Below, one piece after another: positions 1-12,288 of a stretch of 64,000 nucleotides of DNA. The stretch is from the NCBI RefSeq assembly GCF_000150275.1, contig NW_002060984.1:21185-85184 (forward strand), in the 5' to 3' direction. This DNA is from Trichoplax adhaerens (taxonomy: Eukaryota; Animalia; Placozoa). The translations under genes were made by a program, and so were the position numbers. The number at the start of each line of letters is the position of its first letter. The stretch's first letter is position 1. The notes below the pieces were generated by a model, which did not search any database, was not told where the DNA came from, and saw only the letters and a list, made by a program, of their open reading frames with translations.

Positions 1-116
1 CAATTCACTTTTATGATAGTACTCTTCATTTGGAATAAGAAATAATTTTCCGTACGAGTTCGTGGAAGATGAAATGTAGTACATTGATACTATCAGGTCA
101 ATTATGATAAGTTTAC

Positions 117-194
117 CTGTTGGTCTATCGCTGTCGTTTTCTTTTCAATGAGTTCCTGTAGGGGTAGATTAGGTACGATTTCCACACGTTCCAT
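117..194 (-). CDS. First coding exon of a second ornithine decarboxylase-like paralog (ODC-B); gene continues beyond the left window edge
   Basis: Minus strand reads catcAG|g ATG...CAA CAG|GTAAAC, encoding MERVEIVPNLPLQELIEKKTTAIDQQ. Same length (78 nt), same phase-0 donor and ungapped similarity to ODC-A exon 1 (METVEILPDLTVHEIVIRKTKAMDEE). Absent from the ORF track. Confidence 0.8.
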
Positions 195-892
195 CCTGAT
201 GGCGTTATTGAATTGAATAGACGAGCTACACGTGTCAAAGTCTACGAAAGATGGATGGATAGTGTGTTAGCTGATGAGAAATATTCACGACCTTCATGGC
301 TGTATGCTATTCACGACTATTCTTCTCCTTCAATTCATTAAGATCAAGGTTACAATCTTTAGTAGAATTATGATTAAGTCAGCGTAGGATTACTATACAA
401 GTCATGCCTACAATGTTGAAGTTAATGTTGAGACTGGACGATGTTTGAAAGTGAATCCGTCACCCACTAAGGCCACTTGCAAAGAGTGGAAAATGGACGA
501 TAATATTGTTGAATTGTTTGCAACGATCTATCCGTAGAGGAAAATGTCTAATATAATACACCAATGACTCGTTACTGCCGTTAATTGCAATTCTTGTTTT
601 TGATGATGACCTGGAAATCGATCAATCTCGGCTACTATTGGAATTTTTGCTGTACTGTTCAAGCGTCGCCTCTACAGACTTTGAAGTGAACCACCAACAG
701 AATAAATGATTCTACTTCAATTAGAGAATGATGATGACTAGCTTGCTACTATACCATGCACAAGCTCGATCACGATCTTGATGGTGTGTTGTGGCCAATA
801 TTGCTAAGCGTTTTTAGATGGTTCCAATGAGCTCAACGCCAAGGTAAACTGCCGGTAGTTGATGTTGATGTTAACAGCTGCCCAAGTTGACT

Positions 893-902
893 GTTTATAT
901 AG
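893..902 (-). promoter_or_regulatory. Candidate TATA box of ODC-B
   Basis: CTATATAAAC on the minus strand ~700 nt upstream of the ODC-B ATG, next to a GC-richer and TACTG-rich tract. A splice acceptor just before the ATG implies upstream non-coding exon(s). Confidence 0.4.
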
Positions 903-1190
903 CCTGCCAGCGCCAACGACTACAGTGCCAACTTTTCCCACACCAACAATGAAATTCAGAACTAATGTACTGTACACTGTAGCCCCATTTGGCTTGGACG
1001 CTACTCAGCGCCTGTCGATCGAATAAAAAAGACTGACACAAATTGCAGCTTCTTCTCCCCTAGTGATGCAATACACAGTGCAAAGTACTGTAGTGATGCA
1101 ATAGTGGAACAGTAATCTCAACGCCCTCAGGTGGGCATGATGACGCAATCATCATCATCCAGCGATTCAAGATGTCCACTACTTATATCA

Positions 1191-2835
1191 TAATTAGTGG
1201 ATTGATTCATTCATACTGCAGTCTATTTGTACAATCAACGGCTTCGATGATCATCTATCACAGTAGTATGTAAGAAGAAGAAAAGAGTTTGAGTAGAAGA
1301 GAAATTATATCCTAATTAGTGGGTTGATTCATTCATACTGCAGTCTATTTGTACAATCAACGGCTTCGATGATCATCTATCCCAGTAGTATGTAAGAAGA
1401 AGAAAAGAGTTTGGGTAGAAGAGAAATTATATCCTAATTAGTGGGTTGATTCATTCATACTGCAGTCTATTTGTATAATCAATGGCTTCGATGATCATCT
1501 ATCCCAGTAGTATGTAAGAAGAAGAAAAGAGTTTGAGTAGAAGAGAAATTATATCCTAATTAGTGGGCTGATTCATTCATACTGCAGTCTATAGGATTCA
1601 TTCATACTGTAGTCTATGTGCACAATCAACGGCTTCGATGATCATCTATCCCAGTAGTATGTAAGAAGAAGAAAAGAGTTTGGGTAGAAGAGAAATTATA
1701 TCCTAATTAGTGGGTTGATTCATTCATACTGCAGTCTATAGGATTCATTCATACTGCAGTCTATTTGTATAATCAATGGCTTCGATGATCATCTATCCCA
1801 GTAGTATGTAAGAAGAAGAAAAGAGTTTGAGTAGAAGAGAAATTATATCCTAATTAGTGGGCTGATTCATTCATACTGCAGTCTATAGGATTCATTCATA
1901 CTGTAGTCTATGTGCACAATCAACGGCTTCGATGATCATCTATCCCAGTAGTATGTAAGAAGAAGAAAAGAGTTTGGGTAGAAGAGAAATTATATCCTAA
2001 TTAGTGGATTGATTCATTCATACTGCAATCTATAGGATTCATTCATACTGTAGTCTATGTGTACAATCAACGGCTTCGATGATCATCTATCCCAGTCAGT
2101 ATGCAACAAGAAGAAAAGAGTTTGGGTAGAAGAGAAATTATATCATAATTAGTAGATTCATTCATTCATACTGCAGTCTATGTGTGCAATCTATGGCTTC
2201 GATGATCATCTATCCTAGCAGTATGTAAAAAGAAGAAAAGAGTTTGGGTAGATGTGAAATTATATCATGATTGGTGGATTGATTCATTCACACTGCAGTC
2301 TATGTGTACAATCTATGGCTTCGATGATCATCTATCCCAGTCAGTATGCAACAAGTAGAAAAGAGTTTGGAGAGAAATGTATCTCAGAACATACATGTAC
2401 TGTAAGATTCATACTGAAATCCATGCTTACAATCTATGACTTCGATGATCATCTATCACAGTGAGAAGAAGAAAAGAATTTGGGTAGAAGAGAAATGTAT
2501 CTGAGAACATATGTGTACTGTAAGATTCATACTGAAGTCTACGCGTACAATCAATGGCTTCGATGACCATCTATCACTGTTAGTAAATAAGAAGAAGAAA
2601 AGAATTTGGGTAGAAGAGAAATGTATCAGAGAACATACATGTACAGTACTGTAAAATTCACACTGTAGTCTGTGCGTACAAAGAATGGCTTCGATGGCCA
2701 TCTATCACAGTGAGTAAATAAGAAGAGGAAAAGAGTTTGGGTAGAAGAGAAATGTATCTAACAACGTACTATAAGATTCATACTGCTGTCTATGCGTGCA
2801 ATCAATAGCTTCGATGATCATCTATCACAGTCAGT
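1191..2835. repeat. Tandem satellite, 122-bp unit with ~147-bp variants, about 13 copies
   Basis: Unit TAATTAGTGG..GATTCATTCATACTGCAGTCTA..GGCTTCGATGATCATCTATC..GAAGAAAAGAGTTTG starts at 1191, 1313, 1435, 1557, 1704, 1851, 1998, 2146, ~2268, then diverges to ~2835. Confidence 0.95.
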
Positions 2836-3133
2836 AATCACAAAGATGATCTACAAAATACAATTAACAATCAATCCATATTGTATTGCTGCTTTATCCA
2901 ATTTCGGACAGTAGTCATTCCAGGAATATCATTATAAAAAATGTGAGATACTATAAATATTCCATATTTATTGGTGTGTTATCTGGGCTTATATCATTGA
3001 CAGTATTATCAACAGCGATGAGTAAAAAATAGTGTAGTTACTGAATCTATTGCTAATTAACTAAAAAGGGACGCAAACTCAGCCATAAAGGCAAAATAAG
3101 AGTATTAACTAAAGCAATTCGTTATCTTATAAT

Positions 3134-6100
3134 TTAATTAGTGGTCAAGTTAAAAGGTAGATTAACCTTTCCTTGAATTTCGTTCCTAGAAATGAAATTT
3201 TAAACCTTATTAATTCAAGGTGTTTATTAATGCAGGTGTTTGTCATTGGAGAGATGAGTAGTAGTAGCATCATGCTAATGGACCTTACCATAAATGCTCT
3301 TGAATGTAATAGTAACATTTTGGCTTCTTGAATGAATTAAATTTGGATGCCAGGCTTAATGAATAAGCTCCAGTTTCTGTAAATCCAATAAGGTCAAGTA
3401 CATATAGGCATAATATGAGAGAATAATGGCAATTAGTCACTAATAATCACCAAAACCTTTGTAGGACATGACATAAAAGCATTCTTGATAAACCTTCAGT
3501 ACGGGTATAGATTGTAGATATTGTTTGATAGTACAGGACTTTTAACAGTTATTTACCTTCGAAGTATACCCAGTCACCAGCGTTAAGCTGAATTTATAAT
3601 TTCAAATGGCGATAGATAACGAATATATAGGTATTAGAAGATATCGTTTACGACGCGTTAGTCACAATCTGTTCCTTTTGAAGCTAGGTCATAAGTATAA
3701 TTTTATTGTATATACGAGTCTGTTATGCTACTAAAAACTTCAGTACCTTTGGTAGTAAACATTCTTTCATTAAACAATCTAAGGAATCACATGTCTGACC
3801 AAATAAAACCGCAGTTTCTTCGCCATGAGTATTACTTTTGACCGGTTTTAAAGTAATTAGGGCATGATCAATTGGGAGAATATTAAGGCACCCATAAACG
3901 CTATCGTTAACGTAGTATAACACTTTCTAAAAGTAGTTATTTAAAAAAAAGTGTTAAATAGAACCATCGATTTTAATAAATTGCGCTATAAGTTTTTGAA
4001 TCAATCACTTGTAGTTAAGAGAGTTTGAGCAAATATAAATCGTTACGATAGAAATATTACCTCAAAATCGTTTGTATTCTTATAAAGATGTGCATTTTCT
4101 GTTTTAAGAAGAGTTTTAAATATACATTACTGGAAGGATAGCTTAAGAATGTAATCATACAACAATTAACACAATACCGACGGCTGGTCTAACGTAGCAA
4201 TATATTATCTTTACCATGCTCAAAATCAAACAGATCGCCATTTCCTTTTCGAACAACTCTTCTGCCAATTACGTTAAGAACTAAAGTGCATGCTCTCGTT
4301 GCAAAATAGCGGCCTAAAGAATATTTAAAACGAAAACGTAAGCTGTAGTTGGCTAAAGTTCACTTGTAAGAAGCAACAAAGCGTTACACCCTTGCAAGGA
4401 ATATACTGTACAGTACATAAGTGAAAACAGCTGAATCAATAAACAAACTACCAAACCTCTTGTTGGCATCCTCGTTTTACTAAGACCATCTAAGTACACT
4501 ATGAGTATATTGTAGTTACGGTATACGTAATACCGTAGTATACTGTAGCTGTAATGTGCTATTAAATTATAAGAGATTACAGTGACAGCATCTAATGAAC
4601 ACGATTACGACAATAAATTACAATTCATGAATAACGTTACAACCTAAACATTGTAATCATAAATTTAGTTCGCTTATTTAATATCAAGATTATTTAAATA
4701 TCATAGCACTATTTTAATTGCTTAATGTGATAACTATATCGCAATATAGAATTTTAACGCGTACTGAGAATATACTAATCAAGCTATATCATAGCCGTAA
4801 ATTTTATCTTTTATCACTTAATTGTTCTGTAGAAATGTTGAATAATAAGCAACCAAAGTTACCGTACGTACTCAAATGCATTACACAATGGATCAAAAAT
4901 TAGCGCATTATATAGAATTAAGGAACTATGTGCTATATTATAAACTAATAACCTGGTTCAGCAATAATTCTAACACCCAACTCCGGAGGGAAATATTTCT
5001 GTAATGCTTTACTAATAACTGCAGCTGCCTAAAATTTGGAAACGCATATTTGTAATTTAGAATTTCTCACATTGTAAAGTCAAATAAAAAATCTGTTAAT
5101 CGATGCTATATTAAATTTTATATACTTAACCTTCGCAAAGGTCGTTTCTAGGGCTGAAAAAGCTGTAAAACCTCCGCCAATATCAAGTAAATTAAAATGG
5201 TAGCCAAATTTCTCCTGAAAATGGATTACATAAAAAAGGCAATAGGAAGCTATTAATATTGTAGCATTAAAGTTACCTCATCTAAGAGATACTACTTAAC
5301 TAACAGCTAATTTAAATATTTGCTTAGACGTTATTATTCCTTTTTCATAGGCAATCGGAGTAAGGCAATCGCTTCCCACGTGAAAACTACATTAAATAAA
5401 GTCTGGATTTAATATTTCCCTTATCATAATAAAATAATTTATCTTTAACAGGAATATTTTCCCGCTACACTTACCTTACACCCACAACATTCAATTTTAA
5501 AGATTGAGCTACTTCAAGTAAATGGGCTACATCGGCTTTAGCTGCTCCAAATTTTATACCAAGCTAATTACGTGTAGTGAATGTACAGGTTCTTACAAAT
5601 TTTATTTAGTGCTTTCGTTCCCTACTTTTATCTATTAGTACAACAAAATAGAAAAGTTTTCATTTTGTAATTAAAGTGGGTTGAGTACCTGAAACCTGCT
5701 TTCGCATACTTCCATATCTGGGCATATCCTTATGGCCAGTCTAGAGTAAATTCATTTGATAATAACTTTACAGTTATTTGCTAAACTAAATATTGCTATC
5801 AAGTTAAGGACTATAAATTAATTGCTTTTATCGCTATAGTAGAGAATTAACAAACAAATCCAACCATTTTCATGAATGGCGCGTAATCATCTTAACCAAT
5901 TTCCTTACTTTGCGTTTGGATGATATTTTTTGATTTTATATAGTTCATCTTCATTGTCAAACACCGTAAGATTGACATTTTTCTCCTTTGCAAACCTGAT
6001 AATCGATAAAATAAGCACATACCCAATGATCTACTACCGCATGATGATTATCTAGCGTAATATATTTTGCATGATTGCAAGAATGTCAGATAACCACAAT

Positions 6101-8972
6101 ATACATCCAACAGAAATTTAGCTCGAGCTTACACTCAGTTACCTAAGATGAGATATTGCTTTAATAGTGTTTGCGTATATAATTCTATCTGGATTAACAC
6201 CTGCATTGAGTATCGATTGTATTTCACCCTACAAGTATTATGAAGAATAAAAAATATGTCCATGTAAAGAACTATAAATTTATATTAGGCAAAAAAATAT
6301 AATCCATCCTAATCTATAACAAATGGACGTTTATTACAAATTTCAAGAATGCATATACATTACACTACCGAAATTAGATTAAGTACGTAGTATCATAAAC
6401 TTTTTAGTTATCATGTATATTATCGATCGATATTTTAACTGAAAATTATAATTTTATTAATTTCCCTAAGTTTGATAAACTATCTATTAAGAATTAATCA
6501 TTACATTGCTTGTATACCTACCAAGCTTGCACAGTCGAAGCTAACTCCTAAGTTTATTAAAGTGCGTAACAGGACGGGATCATTATTGCATTTCATAGCT
6601 TGAAGGTAATTGTATTTCGATAGCACAGATAATAGTAAGTGCATTAGTGGTGATCAGTTTGAGTTTCGCTCTGCTTATAATTATACTACAAATCAGGAAG
6701 TACAAAAGCTGCCGCAATACACTTAAGTTATAGTGAATTATAGATAACACACGTATGACCATTTCATTTACGATATAAATTGCACTTACCATAGAAAATC
6801 TCAACATTACGGAGTCGCATTTTCCACTGATGTATTATAACCATTGATCAGGAAGATAATAAATACAGCATTATCAAAGAGGGAAAATCATTATTTTAGC
6901 TTTACTTTCGCTGATTTCTTCAGTCCTGGTATATTAATATTCCATTGCATTCTACATTAAATATTTACTATTTATCTAATATCTATTATGTAAGCCTAAT
7001 TATGACTGGATGAATATTGGCCAAAGATTATTACCTCCTGATATCGTTCGATAATATCGCCAACGTTAATTAGCATGAATGGATCATCCCTAAACTAATA
7101 CAATAATTACGCAAACATAAAGTTTTACAGCTTCATTCGCAAGTCTAATACACAAGTTAATTACATATATCAGGGCCAATTATCGCAATATTTTCTTTAT
7201 TCTAAGCTCACAATTGAAATATATAATATAAGACGCTGACTTAAAAAGCGAGATGAGTCCTTAGTTACTGCAAACAGTGGAAAACTTTTGTGAAATCTTT
7301 TTAATTAAGAGTTCTTGTCAATTGATAACATTGATTATCGATGTGAGTAAGTAGGACAGCTTAAATTGTTGGTGAAGTGCCGATGACCTGAGTCGATCAA
7401 GCTACTATTACGACGCGAGCTTCGCAATTTGTCTATATGAATCAGATTATTGGTGTAAATTATCAATAAATTAATAGCTACTTGAACCGATTAAGCTGCA
7501 ATATCGTAAAACCAGTTAGGAAAGCTAAGCATGATTTGTCGATGTGGCCTTAGATAGCTATAGTATTATCAATAAATGAAATGTTAATGACCTAAGCTAA
7601 TCAGCTTACGGCATTCATGAGAAACTACACGATTTGTGCTTGTGAATCGGATTCCAGACATAAATTGTCAATAAAATATTAACCACCTGATCGATTAAAG
7701 TAAAGCATTGCTAAGCTAGTTGGATATACTGCATGGGTGTTACTTATACACGATTTATTGATGTGACTAGTATAAACAGTCAATGAAGTGCCAATAAGCT
7801 ATGTAAATCAGGCTATCGTAATGATAAAAGCTGATCTAATTATGATGCAGTATTGTTAAACTAGTAAGGATAGATATGCATGATTTATTGATATGTAGCT
7901 TTTAGGTAGCATTTTCCAGTATAATATAACTACGTATTTTATCTATGAGAGTAGAATTGGTCACATGAGTAGTTACTAAAATATGAGCCACCTGATTTAG
8001 TTATGCTACAGTATTGCTAAACTAGTTCTGATCGGTAGGTATGATTTGGTGATAGGCAGTTGTTAGGTAGCAAGTTCACATGTAATATAACTAAATTTTT
8101 TATCTATGAGAGTGGAATTATTCGCATGAGTTGTTATTGAAATATGAAGCACCTAATCTAATTGTGCTGCAGTATTCTTAAACTAGTTAGGATAGCTATG
8201 CTTAACTTGTCGATTTGAGTGGGATTACTCACATGATTTCTCAATGAAATATCAATGATCTGAGCTATTGAAGCTACATTAACCAAGTAAATGGGATTAC
8301 TTGTCCATATTTTCAATGGAAAATATTGATGTCTCGAGCTAATTCAGCCGCAGTTATGTTACAAAGTGGCATAATACGTGAATAAGCATAGTGAGTTGTT
8401 TACCAGGTAAGTCATCAATACAAGTGTTTGATGGTTGATGCACTACAGGATTTCATGCTTGCAGATATAGTAAGCACTTAGGCTTGGGTAAAAATGGTAT
8501 AACGACCACAATAAATTCTTATCTTATTCTAAACAAGAACATATACAGGCAATTGATCTGGCTATCTGATTCTTGGAAGGATAAATTGTTCGTATGGAAT
8601 TACATTTCAAGTACGCTTGATCTATAAAGTTGTCACCGTTTTCCATTTATCATAGTATTCAAAAACAAAGTTGATTTAGTGCAGTCAAGCTACCAAGTCT
8701 AGCATAATGAACTACCGCTATCCTATACAGTTACTTGGTACTGTTTTCAGTGAGTAAATCTTAAATTAAGACTCAGTCTACTCTGAAAACTCTGTTGATG
8801 CCCATTATGAAATCTTGATAAAGAAGTACTTGGACTACCAGTAGTCCTTGAGAAATATAACACAATAGTGTTCACTCAGCTACGATCATTTTACCTCTTC
8901 ATCCATCGCTTTGGTTTTCCTAATAACTATTTCATGCACCGTTAAATCAGGTAAAATTTCGACTGTTTCCAT
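3134..8972 (-). CDS. ODC1: Ornithine decarboxylase (ODC-A), 17 coding exons, roughly 430 aa
   Basis: Spliced by eye (e.g. 8895-8972, 7035-7094, 6790-6826, 6522-6598, 6143-6228 ... 4061-4098, 3747-3926, stop at 3134). Fold-III PLP motifs: FYAMKCN (PLP Lys), FDCAS, IIYAN, KFGA, FHVGS, LDIGGGF, IIAEPGRYF, YYVNDSVYG, GQTCDSLD, GAY. Confidence 0.92.
7340..8400. repeat. Degenerate tandem repeats in ODC-A first coding intron
   Basis: Recurrent blocks such as TATCTATGAGAGT(A/G)GAATT (7940, 8101), CAGTATT..TAAACTAGT (~7848, ~8009, ~8170) and GATTT.T.GATGTG; period ~160 nt in the right part. Confidence 0.6.
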
Positions 8973-9208
8973 CTTGTATAAAATTTCTAACAAAATATCC
9001 TGAAATGCAAGTCTTGGCGATTGATGGAGTAATGTCTGCGAGTGTGTTATCGATTCGACAGGAAAGAAGCCGTCTACCAGTTGCAATCTTATCGTTACCT
9101 ACATACAAACATGATGCAGATGTTGTCATTGATATCATTCCATGATTGCAAATGTGCATAAAACATACAGAAGGGTCGTTAATTTTGCTTAGACTTTTCT
9201 ACTCTGGA

Positions 9209-9304
9209 TCAAGATGGAGGAGCAACCGATTTTGATTTCCTGTTTCTGTGTTGGCATTTGACCAGAGATTCTTCCAGCAGAGGTCAGTCCATCGACGTAA
9301 CCAT
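9209..9304 (-). promoter_or_regulatory. Candidate polyamine-responsive uORF module in the ODC-A leader (MVTSMD* then in-frame PLLEESLVKCQHRNRKSKSVAPPS*)
   Basis: accATGg at 9304, TGA-C at 9286-9283, then 24 open codons ending CCT CCA TCT TGA (TGA at 9211-9209). Transcription start unknown. Confidence 0.5.
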
Positions 9305-9527
9305 GGTAAGCAAACTACTGTAGTGTACTATACAGTGTACAGTATGAACGCGATTGTACTGTACACTGTACAGGGCGGGACTGTAGTAGTCGATGCTATC
9401 GCGGTTGCGCACTCAGTACGACTCTCAGGCCTTATTGCGCATGTCTTTCAGCACAATACTCAGTTAGGCTCGCGTTTACTCGCTTCCTTGTTAATAACTT
9501 GATTAATTGGTCGATCGAAAAGGTTTG

Positions 9528-11649
9528 ATGAAGATGGATGATCACGTAGTATCGACATTTCCGTCGCCTCCTAGCGAATATTATAGTTGTTATACAGAGG
9601 AGAATGTTCGGGATGGCTTAACACCAAAGCCACCGCCAATTATCGAAGGCAGTTATGAAATTTATGGCATGAAATTCGATGTAGGTGGTGAAAAAGAAGA
9701 GTGTACAGTAGTTTAGAATATATTCAATCTAGTGCATTTGCATCGTTGGACAACGCGTAGAAAACATACTGTACTCTCTCCTCGATATATCGATGGATGT
9801 AGAAAGAGTGTTATAAGAATAAATGATCCGTGATTAACTTGATCTAGTTACATGTCGGACTAGAAATGCGTTGTGTAAATTCCTGATTGAACTACTCTTA
9901 CTCATAATTAATTATCGCTAAGGAAGTACAATTACGCTTTATCTTTCATTTTTTCATTTTCAGACTCGTGATCCAACAATTCGATCGCTAGAAAGTCAAA
10001 AGATTCAGCAAGTATTCCGAAAAGAAAGTAGTGTAGGTAAGTCTTAACGCTATCCTTAGAATATGTGTAGATAACTATCATAAATATACCGCTACTAAAT
10101 GTGATCAACATCAGCCAATTACACTTTTATTCTTCGATATGAACACTCATTGCCGACAGTCTTTTTGTTCATCCCCTTTTGTAGTAGATTAGTAACAAGT
10201 ACGATCTGTAGTAATCTATAGTAATAGAAGCGCACTGCATGATTCTACAGGGACAAGAGTCTAAAAGCGAAATGGACTCGTAAACCATTGAATCATAATG
10301 CAACAGTCGTTACTACCAACAAGAATTTTAAGAATTGATGCATAATCATACTTGTAAGCTATTCTTAAAAGCATTATTCACGCAGACTGCTCACACATTG
10401 ATTGATATGCAATCGCCTCAGCTAGGAAGTAGAATTATGATTAGCTGTAAAGCTCCTACTGTATTTACAGTTAGCAAATTGACCAAAGATGATCGGATTC
10501 AATCAACTTTGTAACGATTGTGTATTCAAAATTTCCAGATCGATTAGCAGAAATGAGAAAGATCAATTTCTCCATTTTGGTCAATTTTATCGAGTTACTA
10601 GATCTAATAACCAAATCTCCATTTTCACCCAAGGTCAGTTTTTGATGATATGATAAGCCTTAATGTAGTAATTATGACATGTTTCGTATTTGAATTATGT
10701 GAGTTAATGCTATTTACTGAAGGAAATGACTCATATTGTGTTATACTAATATCAACTGAAATTGAGATTAGCAATGTCACGACAACCTGTCTTAGCCTTC
10801 AGCGTAACTTCTAGACAATTTTAACTGTGCCAGAAAGCAATCCACGAATATCGATTGTTTATAATTTGCCATACAATATAATATTTACTAGTGTTATCAT
10901 TTATGCAAGGCAGCGTTTTCCAATTGATAGTAATATATGCATGTCAATCGTTACCAAACATTGTCTTAAGCAAATTCTGTATTGATGTAAGTAAACTAAA
11001 TCGATGCTCTAATTTAACAAATACACTTGTTAACAGAGGCATGAAAAACTGAGCCATCTTGGCACTCTTTTCATCAATATTCATCATTTAATTAACGAAT
11101 ACAGGCCGCATCAGGTAGCTGTTTATATTACACACAATTACTATCAAAATTGTGATAGCATTAAATAAATAGGTTAATAATACAGATCAACCATTATTCA
11201 TATGCTCTATGATGGCCTTATTTTTTTCCTTTTATTCATAACAACTTCAATCAGGCAAGAGAGACACTCAAGGCTATTCTTGAATTACAGAAAAGACAAA
11301 AATTAGAAGCTGTAGAAAAAATTAATAAGTACGTATGCAAAATAACCTCAAAGCTATTGATTTATCTAAAAAAAAATTAAGGTTATTTCAGTCAATGTAA
11401 ATGTTTGTGACTCCTCCTTCGATGTGGTTTCTACTTAGATGCATCGATGAAGTTGAAAATATTATTAACACGTGCGGGAATTTATTGGAGCCCGTATGTA
11501 AAGAAGAAAAAATTGAGTCAAGCGATAAAAATGACATTACGAATACAGAGGAAAGTGAAACGATGAAAATTGTCAACAATAATGACAATATTCAGCTTTG
11601 TTCGCCTGTCAATCGGTGGCTGTGTAAAATAACGGATGAAATGGAATAA
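9528..11649 (+). CDS. MED7: Mediator complex subunit 7, 6 exons
   Basis: Exons encode VSTFPSPPSEYY..PKPPPI..SYEIYG, IRSLESQKIQQ, EMRKINFSILVNFIELLDLI, LFINIHHLINEYRPHQ|ARETL (MED7 signature); GT-AG junctions; stop at 11649. Start at 9528 or 9534. Confidence 0.95.
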
Positions 11650-12288
11650 CATTTTCCATACTATGAAGATATCTGAAGCAGGGATATTGTCCTTCTTTGG
11701 ATTATTGAACAGCTTAATTGGTTGTATATCATAGCAAGTTAGCTGTATTTCTCTCGATTACTAAATTTAAAAAGATATCTCGAAGTCGGATATGTTGACC
11801 ATTGTACTGTATACTTGTACGATATATTATTTAATTTCGCTTTACTGTAATGATTACAGTCAATATCTATTACGGCTAATGTACTACTGTTTTCTTATAA
11901 ATAATTTCGTTCGCCGTTTACACTAATGCTTAGGCAAAGTACATTTGCCACTCTTTGTAAAGGTCATAAAATTTTATTCTTGATTTATAAAGCCAACTCT
12001 AATTCAACAAGTGATTAATTATACATGTAACCTGATTTTAAATTATAAGAAAACACCTAAAGTATAACTAGAATTTACCAACGCCTCCCTCATGCTGTGA
12101 TGCATTGGTGGGATCAAATTCTTATTGCTAGGAAGTAAAATTTTATCCGAAAGATTTATTCCTTGGACTGATATCGAAAGCCCAACGTTAGTTACTTTTG
12201 TTACAATTTTGGAATACAAAATAGCCATATTTACATTACGTCAGCGAAATAATAATATACACCGCTTGAAAATAGATTGAAAGTCCAT

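Noticed and set aside
200-890. PS-stop or PPW uORF in the ODC-B leader
   Set aside because: Reading the minus strand found only EPSK, TPSRS* and KWP*; no convincing motif without knowing the splicing.
2267-2701. ORFs 2267-2464 and 2456-2701
   Set aside because: Translations of satellite DNA.
1191-2835. Regular repeat array as a CRISPR locus
   Set aside because: Whole units repeat with no unique spacers, there are no cas genes, and the context is eukaryotic.
3134-8972. ODC-A as a pseudogene or antizyme inhibitor
   Set aside because: An apparent phase break is resolved by a 38-nt exon (4061-4098). The PLP Lys, the Cys-Asp of TCD, and His/Glu/Tyr motifs are present.
8947-9159. 70-aa ORF as an antizyme-like frameshift ORF1 fused to ODC
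   Set aside because: No UCC-UGA shift site, most of it lies in a probable 5' UTR intron, and ODC has its own good-context ATG at 8972.
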